Assembly (NCBI GenBank): GCA_000091205.1
Contig: AP006488.2
Source: Cyanidioschyzon merolae
Lineage: Eukaryota
DNA length: 64,000 nt
Strand: one strand, 5' to 3'
Below the pieces are notes generated by a model. It had not been told where the DNA came from. It did not search any database and saw only the letters and a list, made by a program, of their open reading frames with translations. How positions within the stretch are numbered: the first letter of the stretch is position 1; every line of letters starts with the position of its first letter. The position numbers and the translations under genes are program-made. Of the stretch, positions 23,345-35,292 are shown in pieces.

Positions 23345-23490
23345 TAAATCCACAGTCTATGTATCCATTGACACGCCCATATATTTCAATGATCTATATA
23401 AAATATATCCACAGTCTATGCATCCATTGAACAAATCCATACAGAACATTGCTCTATTCGAAATAAATCCTCAGTCTATGGATTCGTCAA
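23345..23490. repeat. three copies of a ~28-bp motif (ATAWATCCWCAGTCTATG...) spaced ~58-60 bp apart, bracketed by GATTCATGG; upstream of the PEMT gene
   Basis: Copies at 23345-23372 (ataaatccacagtctatgtatccattga), 23403-23430 (atatatccacagtctatgcatccattga) and 23463-23490 (ataaatcctcagtctatggattcgtcaa). gattcatgga lies at 23331 and attcatggga at 23511. Confidence 0.7.
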
Positions 23491-23718
23491 CGTCTCCATG
23501 CATCGCATCGATTCATGGGAGCCAGTGAAACTGGACGTGCGCGCCCGCCGCCGCCAGTCGTGAGCGCGCACGCATACCGATGCGCGCGCACGCACGTCGA
23601 TGCGTGTCGCGTGTGACGCACGCATACACGCCTGCACGCATACACGCCTGCACCACTTTCTTCCAAGTGCTCGTGCCGTGTCGGCCGGCTCGTGGTCATC
23701 ATCTTGCACATCTTCTGT

Positions 23719-25968
23719 ATGGAGTTACCGAGCGTCCAAGAAAATGCGGTAGCGACGCTGGGCGGACGGCGGAACTCCAAGTCGCGAAAGAGCCGTAGGG
23801 TGCCGAGTCGAGCACCGTCGACATCCTCGCTGTCAGATGAGGCGAGCTCGCTACGATCCACAGAGCGTAGACGAGGGCGGACTAGCCTTGGATCGCCGTC
23901 ACTATCAACGTTAGATCATGATGAGCAGGGTCCTGTGCGAGCGGGAATCGATGTTACGCTCAAACAAAGTGCGACGACGAACTCGGGCGATAGAGTTCAT
24001 TTTGGTGTACCGCCAGCGTCGCCGATGACGGAGCGAGCCGCATCCCAGGTACAGGGCGCCTCCAATGCGCATGGAGAAGAACTACGTCCTACACAACGCT
24101 ATGGGACCGGTCTTATATCAGGAGAGCGGTTTCGAGTCCCGGTAACACGAACCATGGCGGCTCTCGTTTTCGATGTTAGAAACTGGGGTCCTCTGGAGTT
24201 CGTGGTGCACGCCTTGTTCCTGGTCCAGCTCTTTGCGACATTCTGGGTGTTTCCACGACTGGACCCACTGTGCACCGATGCGTTGAGCGGCTCCTGCGCG
24301 GCTGGTGTCATTTCCTCTGTGATGCTCTTTCTCAGTTGGCGACTGGCGTACAACGTAGGGCTTGGCTGGCTCTTGCGTCGGCAGTCCCGTCACGCCGCTA
24401 TTACCCATTGGTGGGCAGGTCTGTCCCCGAAATGGAAGCGAATTATTCGCAGATGCTTTCGCAGTTCGCTCTTGCCGGATGAACGGGTAGCGTCGCGAGC
24501 TCGCTACGGACCATCGCCACCTTGGCCAGTTGATTTCGAAGCCTGGGCCGCTTTCCGATGTCTTGCGACCATCGTCTTGGCAAATGACGGCTGGTCGTAC
24601 CTGTTGCTCTGCTGCAGAGTGTTCCACTTTCCATGGATAGAGCGCTGGTATGCGAGGCCGGATGTCTGGCTCTGCTACCTCTTGGGCGTTGCGCTGATCG
24701 CATTTTCGCTCTGGGCAAAAGCGAGTGCGCATCGCGTGGTGGGTGACTTTGCCTGGTATTGGGGCGACTTTTTTTTCATCATGGAAGGTGAGCTCACTTT
24801 CGATGGCGTGTTTGAGCTTTTCCCCCATCCAATGTACACTGTCGGATATACTGCATACTACGGCTTTAGTTTGATATGCCGCTCGTACACTTTGCTGATT
24901 GCGTCGCTCATCGCACACATGTCTCAGCTGCTCTTTCTCATGAGCGTGGAGGAGCCCCATATCGAAAAAACATACGGCCCGAGCGAGAGGGCGCAGAGCC
25001 CCTCCTGTGCTGCAGAAAGCGTCTCTCCTGAGCGCATCTGCACCGTGTCATGCTGTTCCCGAAACAAAATCGAAAAGGAAGCTGTGGTCCTGGCGAATCT
25101 GGACCCGTTTCGAAATTCGGATCTGTCTCTGCTCATTATGGCGTGTATGACAATCTTTACGCCGGCCCTATCGGGATGGACGCTTACATCTCGATACTAT
25201 GCAATGCAGGTCGTTGGCTGGATGGTCTTCCATTGGTGTGGTCTCGGCACTGTACTCTATCTCCAGAGTACTCGGCGCTGGTGGACACGGCATTTCGAAC
25301 AGCGAGGCCACTGTGCGGCTGAAGCCTTTCGCCAATGGCAGCGGACGTTCAACATGAGCCTTGTGATGAACCACCTGGTATTTGTGATGCTCGCGCTTCA
25401 CGACGCCCAACCGATCCGAATTCCTTCCGTTTGGTCGCTGGTTTCCGGTCGCACTGCGGCGCTCGTCGGCGGGTCTGCTCTTATCATCGTGGGAGCGTCG
25501 TCTTCTATTTCCGCATATCGGATTCTCGGAGATTACGGCTGGTTCTACGGAGACTTTTTTCTCGAACCGTGTGCGTTGTCGAACCATCAGGGGCCTTGGA
25601 AACGACCCGCATCGGTTGAAGCTTCTCTGCGCCCGTCATACGCGGGTATTTATCGGTATTTGAACAACCCTGATTGTGTGCTGGGCTACCTCTGGATGTA
25701 CGGGCTGAGTCTAGCCACTGAAAGCTGGCGGGCGTTCTGGTTCGCGGTTTGTTCCCAAGCGCTTCATGTCTTGTTCTTGGTGCTGGTAGAGGTCCCGCAT
25801 ATGCACCGCACGTATGGGCCGCACTGTCGACGTGCAGCAGCGCTGGAACTGCTCTTACGTCGCCAAGTGCAACGCATTCGTGACCAGCCGCTGCTTCGGG
25901 AGGTAACTTGCAAAGTTGAAGCGCGCGTTGATGAGCTGCGCGGCCGGCTCCTGCACAAGTATCGATAG
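23719..25968 (+). CDS. CHO2: phosphatidylethanolamine N-methyltransferase, Cho2-type (two PEMT-like motif sets, multi-pass membrane)
   Basis: Two copies of the PEMT class VI SAM-binding motifs: PHPMYTVGYTAYYG ... VEEPHIEKTYG, and YRYLNNPDCVLGYLWMYG ... VEVPHMHRTYG. There are many hydrophobic spans. The track start 23692 is a GTG and the first ATG is 23719 (MELPSVQ). Confidence 0.7.
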   Translation: MELPSVQENAVATLGGRRNSKSRKSRRVPSRAPSTSSLSDEASSLRSTERRRGRTSLGSPSLSTLDHDEQGPVRAGIDVTLKQSATTNSGDRVHFGVPPASPMTERAASQVQGASNAHGEELRPTQRYGTGLISGERFRVPVTRTMAALVFDVRNWGPLEFVVHALFLVQLFATFWVFPRLDPLCTDALSGSCAAGVISSVMLFLSWRLAYNVGLGWLLRRQSRHAAITHWWAGLSPKWKRIIRRCFRSSLLPDERVASRARYGPSPPWPVDFEAWAAFRCLATIVLANDGWSYLLLCCRVFHFPWIERWYARPDVWLCYLLGVALIAFSLWAKASAHRVVGDFAWYWGDFFFIMEGELTFDGVFELFPHPMYTVGYTAYYGFSLICRSYTLLIASLIAHMSQLLFLMSVEEPHIEKTYGPSERAQSPSCAAESVSPERICTVSCCSRNKIEKEAVVLANLDPFRNSDLSLLIMACMTIFTPALSGWTLTSRYYAMQVVGWMVFHWCGLGTVLYLQSTRRWWTRHFEQRGHCAAEAFRQWQRTFNMSLVMNHLVFVMLALHDAQPIRIPSVWSLVSGRTAALVGGSALIIVGASSSISAYRILGDYGWFYGDFFLEPCALSNHQGPWKRPASVEASLRPSYAGIYRYLNNPDCVLGYLWMYGLSLATESWRAFWFAVCSQALHVLFLVLVEVPHMHRTYGPHCRRAAALELLLRRQVQRIRDQPLLREVTCKVEARVDELRGRLLHKYR

Positions 25969-28695
25969 AAGGATTGAAATCCGGTTCGAAGCTTCCAACA
26001 GGACCTGCAGGAAGCGACGATTGCTGGAAAGAAAGCACTTTTTGGCACAAGGCACCTCCGCATGTATGCTTCCTTGCGTTGGTATCTGACTCCCAGTCCA
26101 AACCATGTTGTACACGACAATCATCGCTCCGCATTGACGGAGCTTGAAGTTAGGCGGAAAACGTGTTCAATATATGAAACAAATGCTCGAAAACGGCCTG
26201 ATTCGGGACAGACTATGTTCCGAAACGCTCCGAAAATGCATTGATGATGACCTGATATTCGCCGCTGTGGACCAGTACAAGAGAGCGCCATCGCTATGCT
26301 CCGGGGTCGCGTGTCTGCGCAAGGCATCTCATCGGGGACCTCCACGGTGACACTCGTTCGATCGATGCTTCGGGTGCAGCAATCGGATCACTTGGTGATC
26401 ATTCGTGGTATCAGAAGCGATGTTGTGGAGACGCTTTCGAGCTTCGCGTCCACAGCGACTCAAGTCCGGACCAGTGAACGTGGAACGATAACGCGTTCGG
26501 CACGCGTCCACGGAAACGCGGCCCCCGAGGACATTGGTCTCTGGCGAACGCTGCACGGGTCTGTTCGAGCACACCGTTCTGATGCCGCTGACGCCGATGA
26601 ACCGCCCGTTGCGGAAAGACGCAAGGCCCCCGGCAGCGATCTAATCGGTACGGATGCATCTGTGTCCAGCGCTAAGGTGTTGTCTGAGAGGCTTTGCCAC
26701 GAACTGTACACGATTCGCTGTTACTGAACAGTGCGCGCCTTGGCTCGCCACGTCTATGCTGCCCGTTCCGCTGGAAACCCAGTTGCGTCAAAAAGCTTTC
26801 AATGTGGGGATGTCCAAGGAAACGCTCGGTATCGCGGCTGCCTAGGACGAACATCTGGAAAGACTTTCGAACCAGGGCTGATGTATCTGAGTTTGCGCAA
26901 GTTAGAATCTAATTGCTACGTTTCGTTTCGCATAGACAAGACTCCGTTCTCGGACGTGGACTCGGCGATTTCAAACGTCAGCTACCAAGTAAATATCCTG
27001 ATTAGGATAGCGCTTTTTCCGCTGTGCCATACACCCGAGTCAGCATAGAACGGAAAAGGTTTTCCGATTCGTACGCACCTACCAAAGTTTAGGTTGTATC
27101 CGCGCTCATCAACACCAGAATTTGCGGGCTTTTTCTGCGACAGCTTCCTTTGCCGCTCGCTTATCTCCAGTTTAAAGCAAGGTAGTCTTATCTGTCGCCT
27201 AAGGCTCCAGTGTCAGCAGTCGGAGGATATACCGATGCCGCCAATAACGCCTAGCTTTCGTTGCTTCCCGCAGTTGTGAACGCGTTGCATGTGTAGACGG
27301 TAGCTGCGATCTAGACACTTTGCTCGCCGCTATCCTATTCGCCTTTCGGGGAAACCTCGGTGCGCTCCGCAAAGCGATTACACGTGCCTGTGGTCGGTGT
27401 TGCTCACGAGTCCACAGCATGTTCTCCATCGAGCGCCGTACCATGGTGCATCGACGCTTGCTTCATTACTCGGTCCGTGCGCTTGACTGGTGAAGAAGGC
27501 TCTCTGCGGTGCTTGCCTCCTCGACAGCGTCCAGCGCGGTACCCGGACGGTCGTGGACTTGTTCTTGGCGATACCTCCCGCGCGTACGCGTTCCAGTGCA
27601 TGGAAAAGGGCACGCGTTTCCGTCCAATGGATAGCCTGTTGCACGCAATATGAACCCTGCTGAAACCATTACCCAAAGACAAGTCCAGGTAATAGAACGA
27701 ATCGGGGGAAATTGTCGCGTGTACGCTCCTGTAGTGCGAAGCGGTTGCGTATTGCCCGCTGTAAACGAATCGCTGTGGTGACGGAGGCTCAAGACCCTTT
27801 ACCACACAAATCATTGAACGTGGAGTCTCTGGGAGCATATTCCATGAGTGGTAGCATGCTGCTGACGAATGCAGTTTTGTCGACGCCCGCAACGAAGGCA
27901 GAAATCGTCATTCGAACGTGATCGATTATTCGAAAGGACAAGGTCAGCGAACTTTCGGCATGAGCTCATGAACAAGCTTTCAAAGGACGACCTCGTCAAG
28001 TATTCTGCCTCGTTTTTCCAGCGGTGCCAAAATGACGCCCGACGAGTTGCCTTGAAATCCAGAGATCGAAAACTTGAAGAACGCATGCTTGCATTGTTCT
28101 ACTCGATGGCGAACGCGAAAAATGGATGCAGGAACGTATGCATCGGATCGTGATAGAGAATACTTTACGAATTCTTGTTCGAAGGCGTCGCGAATGATCT
28201 TGCTTCCGGTTAGGTATAGGTTTTGAACGACCAAGCGCCCAACGACGCACTTGGCGAATACGACCAAAGTCCGAAAACTACGTATGAATCGAAAGGTCCA
28301 TTTTGCTGCACTTTGAATCTAGAAGCTGTTCCCATGAGAAACCACTCGATATGCAGGGATCGAGCGAGCATCTCAACGTTCCATGGTACTCCAACAGATC
28401 CAAGCACGCTTGAGCCCAGCGGCCATAAGCAGCACCAGACCGAGAGCAGTGTGCTCTGCCCGCGCAACGATCCAAAAATGTACAGTTTACAGAACCCTGT
28501 CTCGGAAATGCGTCCATCAAGCGAACCTCACGACATTCAACACCTGTGCAACCGCCAACGTTCGCTCGTCCATGAAATATACACGTATCATTCGTTCGAC
28601 TCGGATGTAGTTTGCATCACTTGGGAGCCGCTGTCTGGTTGGCGCTACCGTCCGATTGTCTGCGCCAACGAGGACTAACCTGGTCGTTCGATTAC

Positions 28696-30003
28696 TCACT
28701 CGGAGTTGGGCATGGACCGCTTCAGGTGGCTGCGCAAAATGGTCAAATGCTCTTCTTTGATTTTCTCCGGCGCCAGATGGGAACGCCACTCACGCGCTAA
28801 CAACGAGCGTAGAATCAGGAGCTCATCCACGAAATCGCTCGGCATGAAACCGACGCTCTTTTCGGTGCGTGCACCGACACCTTCGCGTTCGACGACTCGA
28901 TCATGGTTTTCGACAAAGAATTTCTGGCCTTCGCAGCGGACGTTGCCAAGACGCAAAAGAGAACGGATAAAGTCGTCGCCGTCCCCAATTTCCTCTTCCC
29001 AACGCGGCCACTTGCTCAACCATTCATGTTCAGCATGACGTCCTTCGAAACGTAGACGATTCAGGAAACGCACAGTCGCTCTTCTCGTCAAGAGCGCCTT
29101 CACGTAGCGATAGTTGTGGTACCGGAGCGGGGACTCATCCGTCGTAAAATCGTCATGGTCTAGAATACGCTGGGCCTGATGCGCCTGACCACTCTGTTCA
29201 TGTACCAGTTCGGAGAGTATTTCACTGTTTTCAACGCTCACCAACCCGAGATCCCGACGCAACTCTTCCGCAATGGACTCGCGGGCCGCCATGATACGCT
29301 GCGCGTAGCGAAACGGTTCCAGAGTAAAAGTGAACTCGCGTCGAATACGCGTCCCGACAACCATCGTGTGCATCTCCGAGGGCGCCGACATCATCCCACT
29401 CAGGTACTCAACAGTGTTCCGAAGAAAATGGTATGCTTGCTCGTGACGTCGAGAACCAATGGAGGCTCCACCGAACCACTTCCCATAGTCGTCAAAATCC
29501 AGCAGCCAACGCCGCGCTGGCTCGTCCCGAAACTCCGTGAGATAGTAGATGATCGTTCGCACTGCTCGGTCTGTGGCAAAGTCTCGGATCAGGTTTGCGT
29601 CAGTATCGTGCGCTGGCGTACTGGCACAGATAGATCGAACACGCTGCCCGGAGGTACGCGCGCCACCAAACGAAACGCTGGCGTTCTTGTGCTCCTCCAG
29701 CGTTCCCTGGTCTACCGCGTAGCCCTGCTCTTGCCGCCCGTTTCCTTCGTTGGTGGATTCACGTGCTCCCTCTGAGTCCGAGCCCTCACCAAGCACACAC
29801 TTTAGTGAATGGATCTGCTCCGCGCACGGCTGCCGTCCAAGTCGTGTTCCGGTTCGTCCAGCTGGGATAGGTCTCCAGTGACGCCGTCGCCCAGTGCTGG
29901 GGCAGCGCACAGCGCCCGTTGACGTTGCCACCCACGCGCACCGCGAGAAAGCGCCCCGAGAAAACCGCAATGGAGATGCGCTAAACTGAACAATATCCGT
30001 CAT
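28696..30003 (-). CDS. conserved-looking hypothetical protein (435 aa) with S/T/R-rich N-terminal presequence-like region
   Basis: ATG-initiated long ORF with a mostly helical predicted sequence. No motif I can assign confidently; WLLDFDDYGKWFGG is only reminiscent of other families. N-terminus: MTDIVQFSASPLRFSRGAFSRCAWVATSTGAVRCPSTGRRRHWRP. Confidence 0.4.
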   Translation of the reverse strand: MTDIVQFSASPLRFSRGAFSRCAWVATSTGAVRCPSTGRRRHWRPIPAGRTGTRLGRQPCAEQIHSLKCVLGEGSDSEGARESTNEGNGRQEQGYAVDQGTLEEHKNASVSFGGARTSGQRVRSICASTPAHDTDANLIRDFATDRAVRTIIYYLTEFRDEPARRWLLDFDDYGKWFGGASIGSRRHEQAYHFLRNTVEYLSGMMSAPSEMHTMVVGTRIRREFTFTLEPFRYAQRIMAARESIAEELRRDLGLVSVENSEILSELVHEQSGQAHQAQRILDHDDFTTDESPLRYHNYRYVKALLTRRATVRFLNRLRFEGRHAEHEWLSKWPRWEEEIGDGDDFIRSLLRLGNVRCEGQKFFVENHDRVVEREGVGARTEKSVGFMPSDFVDELLILRSLLAREWRSHLAPEKIKEEHLTILRSHLKRSMPNSE

Positions 30004-32832
30004 GACTTTGAACTAAAAAACAATGAGAAAGCGTTGATCGTAGAAAACACACAGACGCGAAACCTCCGCTCCAGCGAAATAACTGTCGCGAATATATACC
30101 CAAAATCCTGGTACGTTTATCTGCTGGCGCTGGTGCTGCTGGTGCTTGTGCTGCCAACGGATTTTGGCGCTGCTGAATGCACGCGCGCCAAGGCGCCTCG
30201 CCCACGCGCAGATCTGAACGCTGCGGTTGAAATGCCCGGCGCAGCAGCAGCGCAGATTCGAGCATTGCGCGGGAAAGCTGCAGAGCGCGCGCGCGCGCGC
30301 AAGCATCGTACGGTGCACCCGTATACAGCGACGCAATGGACAGCGTTGTTGAATCCAGGTGCGTACATGATATCGTTTGGGTTTCATCCTATTATCGTGA
30401 ACGAGAGGTTTGAAGGCCTCCTTGTGGGAGCTTCCTGTTTCCGGTTTCATATCTGCTGCTGTCATTCCGCCAGTCTCTGCTTTACTACTAGTTCCGTTAT
30501 CAGCTGTTGAAAAAACGCGGTTACCGCAGCATCATATCGTCCTGATTTTGCTACTTCCGGTTGTTGTTTATGCATCTCATGCCGAGACGGTAGTTAGGAT
30601 CTAGATTCGGTTGCAGTTCGCGTCCTGTATGAGAACAGCCTCGGTGGAATCAATGCAGCGGCGATTCTTGACAGTGGTTAAATGTTCCTGGGTAGGCGGC
30701 GCACATCCTCCATCGAGCGCTGCAGTCCAGCGCCCGAACGCGTGCTTCATCGCTCGGGTTGCGTCCTGGACGGGAATGGAAGGCCCGGGTCGATGCCCTC
30801 CTATGATTCCGCGTATGGTGCCGTACGCTCTGGGTAGGGACTTCATTTTCAGGGTGCCCTCGGCGAGTAATTTTTCAGCTGCACTCGCAAGCACATAATA
30901 TCCCATCCGATGCGAAATTTTTTGAAGGCGATGTTGTTTATGATGAAACCTGAACCCCAAATGAAAATCTAGCCTGGAGATCAGATCGAGAAACGTCGTT
31001 TCGTCGACGCTTCATTACTGTCGAGTGGTCTTGCACGCTCCATTGAGCGCGATCACAGCAAGAAAAACGTCCGAGTCCGATTCCTTTCGCCATCCTCAAA
31101 CGAGAGACCGGAGCCTCTGAAAGCATATGCTGTGAGAGGCATCAAGCCGCTGCGGGTGCCGTTTCTTAGATACACCACGAAGAGAGGAGAATATATCTTT
31201 CGGACGGAATCGATGATTTGACGTGACATGGTCTGTGAATTGCGGCATGGGCGTGTGAGCAAGTCGCAAACGGACGACGTCAAGAGCTTGTCGTCAACGA
31301 TCCAGCGACGCGAGTTGCGAGGCGCACTATTCACCTCGATATAGAGAGATCGAAAACTTGAAGTATGCATGATTCGGGCATTCTTCACCAAAGAATAGGA
31401 GACAAGTGGATGTTTTTACCTATGAACTCCATCCCATTGTATATAACTTTAGAATGCTTGTTCAAGGCCGTCACGACTCATGCTGATTCTGGTGATGGAG
31501 CGAATTCGAGATGCGCAGAGTCAGTGCAGCTATTCCCAAAAAAGACCGGGAGCCTTGGAGTATCGACGAGTGAATCCATACATCCATATTTCTGCACTAC
31601 AAATATCGAAGTCGTACACCTAAAACGCACGCGAAAATCGACAGGCAGGAACAGAGCGAGCAGGCTAGTTTTCCATCGTAATCTGACACGAATGTCGCGG
31701 TCATGACCTGCACGTCAATGCGACCAACGAACCTCCGTTTTTTTTTTCGTAGAAAACGGGCGTTCATCATCGTAGATCCGCCTGGATGATTCGCATCACG
31801 TCCACTACGGGAAGCGTGTTATGCGGATGCACGGAGCGGTCCCCGACGCATGTGCCCGTGCCCTAGCGTTGATCCTCATGCAATGCGACAACTCCAGATG
31901 GAGGGGTTTGCAAGTCACGCCACACAGCGGTGATGCACACCGCTGATCCTCTGTAACCGGGAAACTCCGGGACGGCAACCCGCGTGATGTACTCGCTCGA
32001 GGTCTAGAGCAAAGAATCGCGGTACACTGGCACCGCCGGTAGGTACGTGCGCCAGCGCGCCTTCTTTTCGTTCCATAATCCAGCGTTCCAGGGTTTCGAA
32101 TCGGAAACGCGCTGCGAAGAACGTGCTTCTCTAGCGCGAATCTGCGGCAACCGCCTCGGAAAGCATCGGCGCTCGTACCGTTTTCTTGTCAGCGCCGAAG
32201 ACACATGTGACGAGTGCTCCAGTTTTTGCCTGCTCTGAACTCAGTACACCTGTCCGGAAACTTTCCAAAACGGCTGCGTGACTGCTGTCGTCGTTCAGAG
32301 AAGCGACCACCAAGCCGGTCCACGCGCTTCTGCGTCGTATCGAGTCCAAAGCAGACGTCGGGCTGGGATATGGCTAGCTCAAACCAGCAACACTCCTGGT
32401 GCCAGAAGCACGGTAAGTACTCGCTCCAGTGGACAGCCACGAATGCGAACGGTGTTCGTCGAGCGCCCGATCTCCATGTGCAGATGCGACCACAGGCCTG
32501 CAGCACGTGCGACCAGCCAAGCGCTGAGTCCTCATATGTCGCTATTTGACGCATGCACCCATTTATACCGTTTTGAACATGATTGTCCACCCTTCACAAT
32601 CGAAACACGACAACCGGCGCTCGCTGCCGATGACGCTTCGATGGCGCCCGGCTGGCACCGCGGCTGGTACGCGCCTACCGGTACCAGCATCGTCTACCGT
32701 TATAGCTGCGCTTGCCGTTCTGTGTGGTGGCTTTCCACTGAGCAGCCAAAGCGGTGGTAGGGCACTAGCCACCTGGCTGCTAACGTGCGTCGTTCGAAGC
32801 GACGCGAAGCGCTTGGTCTTCAATTTGCTTCT

Positions 32833-33822
32833 ATGAAACGGGTTCAGGCTCTCGTCGAGCTTGGTGCACGGCTTGCAGAACTCTCAGGGACGCTGGAGCA
32901 GACCCTAAGCGATGTCGAGTCACGCTATGGCAAGCTGCGCACGCTCTCTGACCTCTATAGTTCGGGCTTCCTCCTCTACGGCTTTGCACTGTGGTGGTCG
33001 ATCTTCCTTGCGAGCTTCCTAGTGTACTCGGTGGTGCCCGTATCGCGAACGTTTCGCACTTGCTTGTCGTTCAGTCAAAAGGTAGAGTGGATATCACGTG
33101 TTGTATCGAACGTGAACGCCGTCATCATGGTCGTCGTGTCTTCGGGACTGCTGCAACAAACGTTCTGGTCTTTGATCCAGGGGAAGGTGCTTGGGCGTGC
33201 CTTACCCCATGAGGCGTCTTTCTACATATCGCAGGCGCTGTTGTTATCTTATTTCTGCTATGATGCTGTGCTGATTCTCTTGTTCATGCGGTCTATCTCT
33301 TCACCATGCTCATCACTCGCGCATCACTTATTTTCCGCCTTATCGATCATGTTCTGTTTCTATATTGGGGAAAAACAACCACTAGCGCTCATCTGGGCCA
33401 CTGGAATCGCCCTCACAGAAGTATCGACACCACTTGTGAATGCTCGCTGGTTTCTCAGTTTCCGTTACCGCGAGCGCTGGCAGTACAAAGTCATTGGCCT
33501 CGGGATGTTGGTTGCTTTTGTTCTGGGCCGCGTAATTTACATTCCCGTCCTCGTCGCTGGTATCGTGCTCGCTGCACCGATGTACCTGAATCCGGGAGAA
33601 GCGCTGTGCGCTTTCTGGCTAGGGCTAGTTGGCAGTGCGAGCTCCGTAACAATTTGGATATTGAATGTATACTGGACGATGCTTATGCTGCGGGGAGCAC
33701 GGAAACTCTTCAAAAGCCAGGCGCGGAATTCGATGACAGACCAAGCAGCGATGTATTCGGCGATACGTGGGCGTCCGCCCGCTCTCGGGGACAACGAAAA
33801 TACGCATCTGAAAACTGTTTGA
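32833..33822 (+). CDS. TLC-domain (TRAM/LAG1/CLN8 homology; TLCD/TMEM56-like) multi-pass membrane protein
   Basis: TLC signatures are present: EWISRVVSNVNAVIM (W..R..S..NA), SYFCYDAVLILLF (YF.YD), SLAHHLFSAL (HH) and TEVSTPLVNARWFL (ELSTPF.N.RWFL). There are about 6 hydrophobic helices. The first ATG is 32833 (track start 32785 is a GTG). Confidence 0.6.
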   Translation: MKRVQALVELGARLAELSGTLEQTLSDVESRYGKLRTLSDLYSSGFLLYGFALWWSIFLASFLVYSVVPVSRTFRTCLSFSQKVEWISRVVSNVNAVIMVVVSSGLLQQTFWSLIQGKVLGRALPHEASFYISQALLLSYFCYDAVLILLFMRSISSPCSSLAHHLFSALSIMFCFYIGEKQPLALIWATGIALTEVSTPLVNARWFLSFRYRERWQYKVIGLGMLVAFVLGRVIYIPVLVAGIVLAAPMYLNPGEALCAFWLGLVGSASSVTIWILNVYWTMLMLRGARKLFKSQARNSMTDQAAMYSAIRGRPPALGDNENTHLKTV

Positions 33823-34509
33823 CACAGAACGAACGATACCGGGTAGTTCATGCTGCCGAGCCGCGGCATTAGCGGCACAGGATGCGCTGTTTCGCGAAAT
33901 GAAGCAAGTTTTTCCGTTCTCTACGACTTGCTTCCGCACCGTCCACAGCTCGCGACGGGTTTGCTGTGCGGCACGGTGCTTCTAAGCGGCAACCGGTTCG
34001 GGGCACAGGTCGAGTTCGCGCGTCAGCACTGAGTGTCGTCTCCGAGCAGGGTCGCGTGTTGCCTCCGCGTCCTGGTGCGTATCTTGACCGCATCGGATTC
34101 GACTTGCTCCAGATGACTGTAAAAATCGAACAGACGTAATCTTCATTGGAAAATAAGCGGTAATACAAGTCACCAGGGATCCATCTGCTGTCATTTCCTG
34201 CGGACCGTTGCTGAGCAATGCCCCCAGCGCCATGCAACGTACTCATTTTGCTGATCCACACACCATAACCAGACATCATCCCTTATGATGGTCGGATCAA
34301 TGAACCTGCTATTTCCGTGGAACGGCAACATGCGGTACGCGTGTTCTTCGGCGATACCTGGAGACGCGACACGCGTTCGCTGCTGGCAGCGTCGACATGC
34401 GGACCCAGCAAACGGGAACACTAGTGCTGAGCACTTTACGCTGATGCACGCTCCACATAGCTCGAAGCAAAACCCAGTACCTGCACGTCACCTGTAATTT
34501 TTCTTGTTT

Positions 34510-35292
34510 TTATAAAGTGGATTCTTCGACCATTTTCCGATGCTCGGGGATCGATGGTCCCGACGGTGCTCCTGATCCTGCATTCGCGTTCGATGTTGGT
34601 GTCGCTGTCGTCGCTCGAGAGACTGCCCGCGAGTCTGCCTTACGGAACTGACACAACACCGGATAAAGCCGCTGAAATGCTTCGTTGAGATCATCGCGTG
34701 ACTTGGCCCCAGTGATGACGACCTTGCCACTGACAAATATCAAAAGAGCTAATCTCGGTTCCAGCATGCGATAAACAAGTCCGGGGAACAGCTCGGGTTC
34801 ATAGTGGGCATAGTTGCTATGGGCGTGTGCGAGCGCCTCCAGTCGGATCGGGAAACGCACGTCCGCGCTCGCTACGAGGTTGTGCAGCTCAAAATCAGCA
34901 AGCTTGACATCTGCATACCCCAGCTTGCGAACGATCTTCGCATATTTGCGCGCTGCGAGACGAGCATCTTCCTCGGAACGTGCACCCGTGATAACCACCT
35001 TACCGCTACTGAAAATCAGCGCAGTGGTACGAGGGTCTCGTATTCGCATAATCACGGCCGCAAAGCGCTGCGGGTTGTACTCGGCGTTCCGCGCACGCAT
35101 CGCGATATGACGCAGGTCCAGAGGACACAACAGGTTCACAGATGCGACCACGTTCTGCAGCCGTACTTCAACGTCCGCTACTACTACTGGCCGCCGGAGT
35201 CGCTCCGGTGTCGTCGTTGAGACACTGTTTTCTACGGAGCTTTCGCCAGCTTTGCTCTCTTCCGGCCGTTCGGGTGTCGAAGAGTCCGTCAT
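34510..35292 (-). CDS. TBP: TATA-box binding protein (TBP), with ~45-aa C-terminal extension
   Basis: Both TBP direct repeats are near-canonical: [77 protein letters not shown] and [70 protein letters not shown]. The first ATG is MTDSS at 35290-92 (track start is a TTG). Confidence 0.9.
   Translation of the reverse strand: MTDSSTPERPEESKAGESSVENSVSTTTPERLRRPVVVADVEVRLQNVVASVNLLCPLDLRHIAMRARNAEYNPQRFAAVIMRIRDPRTTALIFSSGKVVITGARSEEDARLAARKYAKIVRKLGYADVKLADFELHNLVASADVRFPIRLEALAHAHSNYAHYEPELFPGLVYRMLEPRLALLIFVSGKVVITGAKSRDDLNEAFQRLYPVLCQFRKADSRAVSRATTATPTSNANAGSGAPSGPSIPEHRKMVEESTL

Noticed and set aside
28696-30003. Possible Rubisco accumulation factor Raf1 identity for the 435-aa protein, based on WLLDFDDYG resembling Raf1 WLDFDY
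   Set aside because: It is only a 6-residue coincidence. The remainder is predicted helical, unlike the Raf1 beta-domain, and no colinear similarity could be established by eye.
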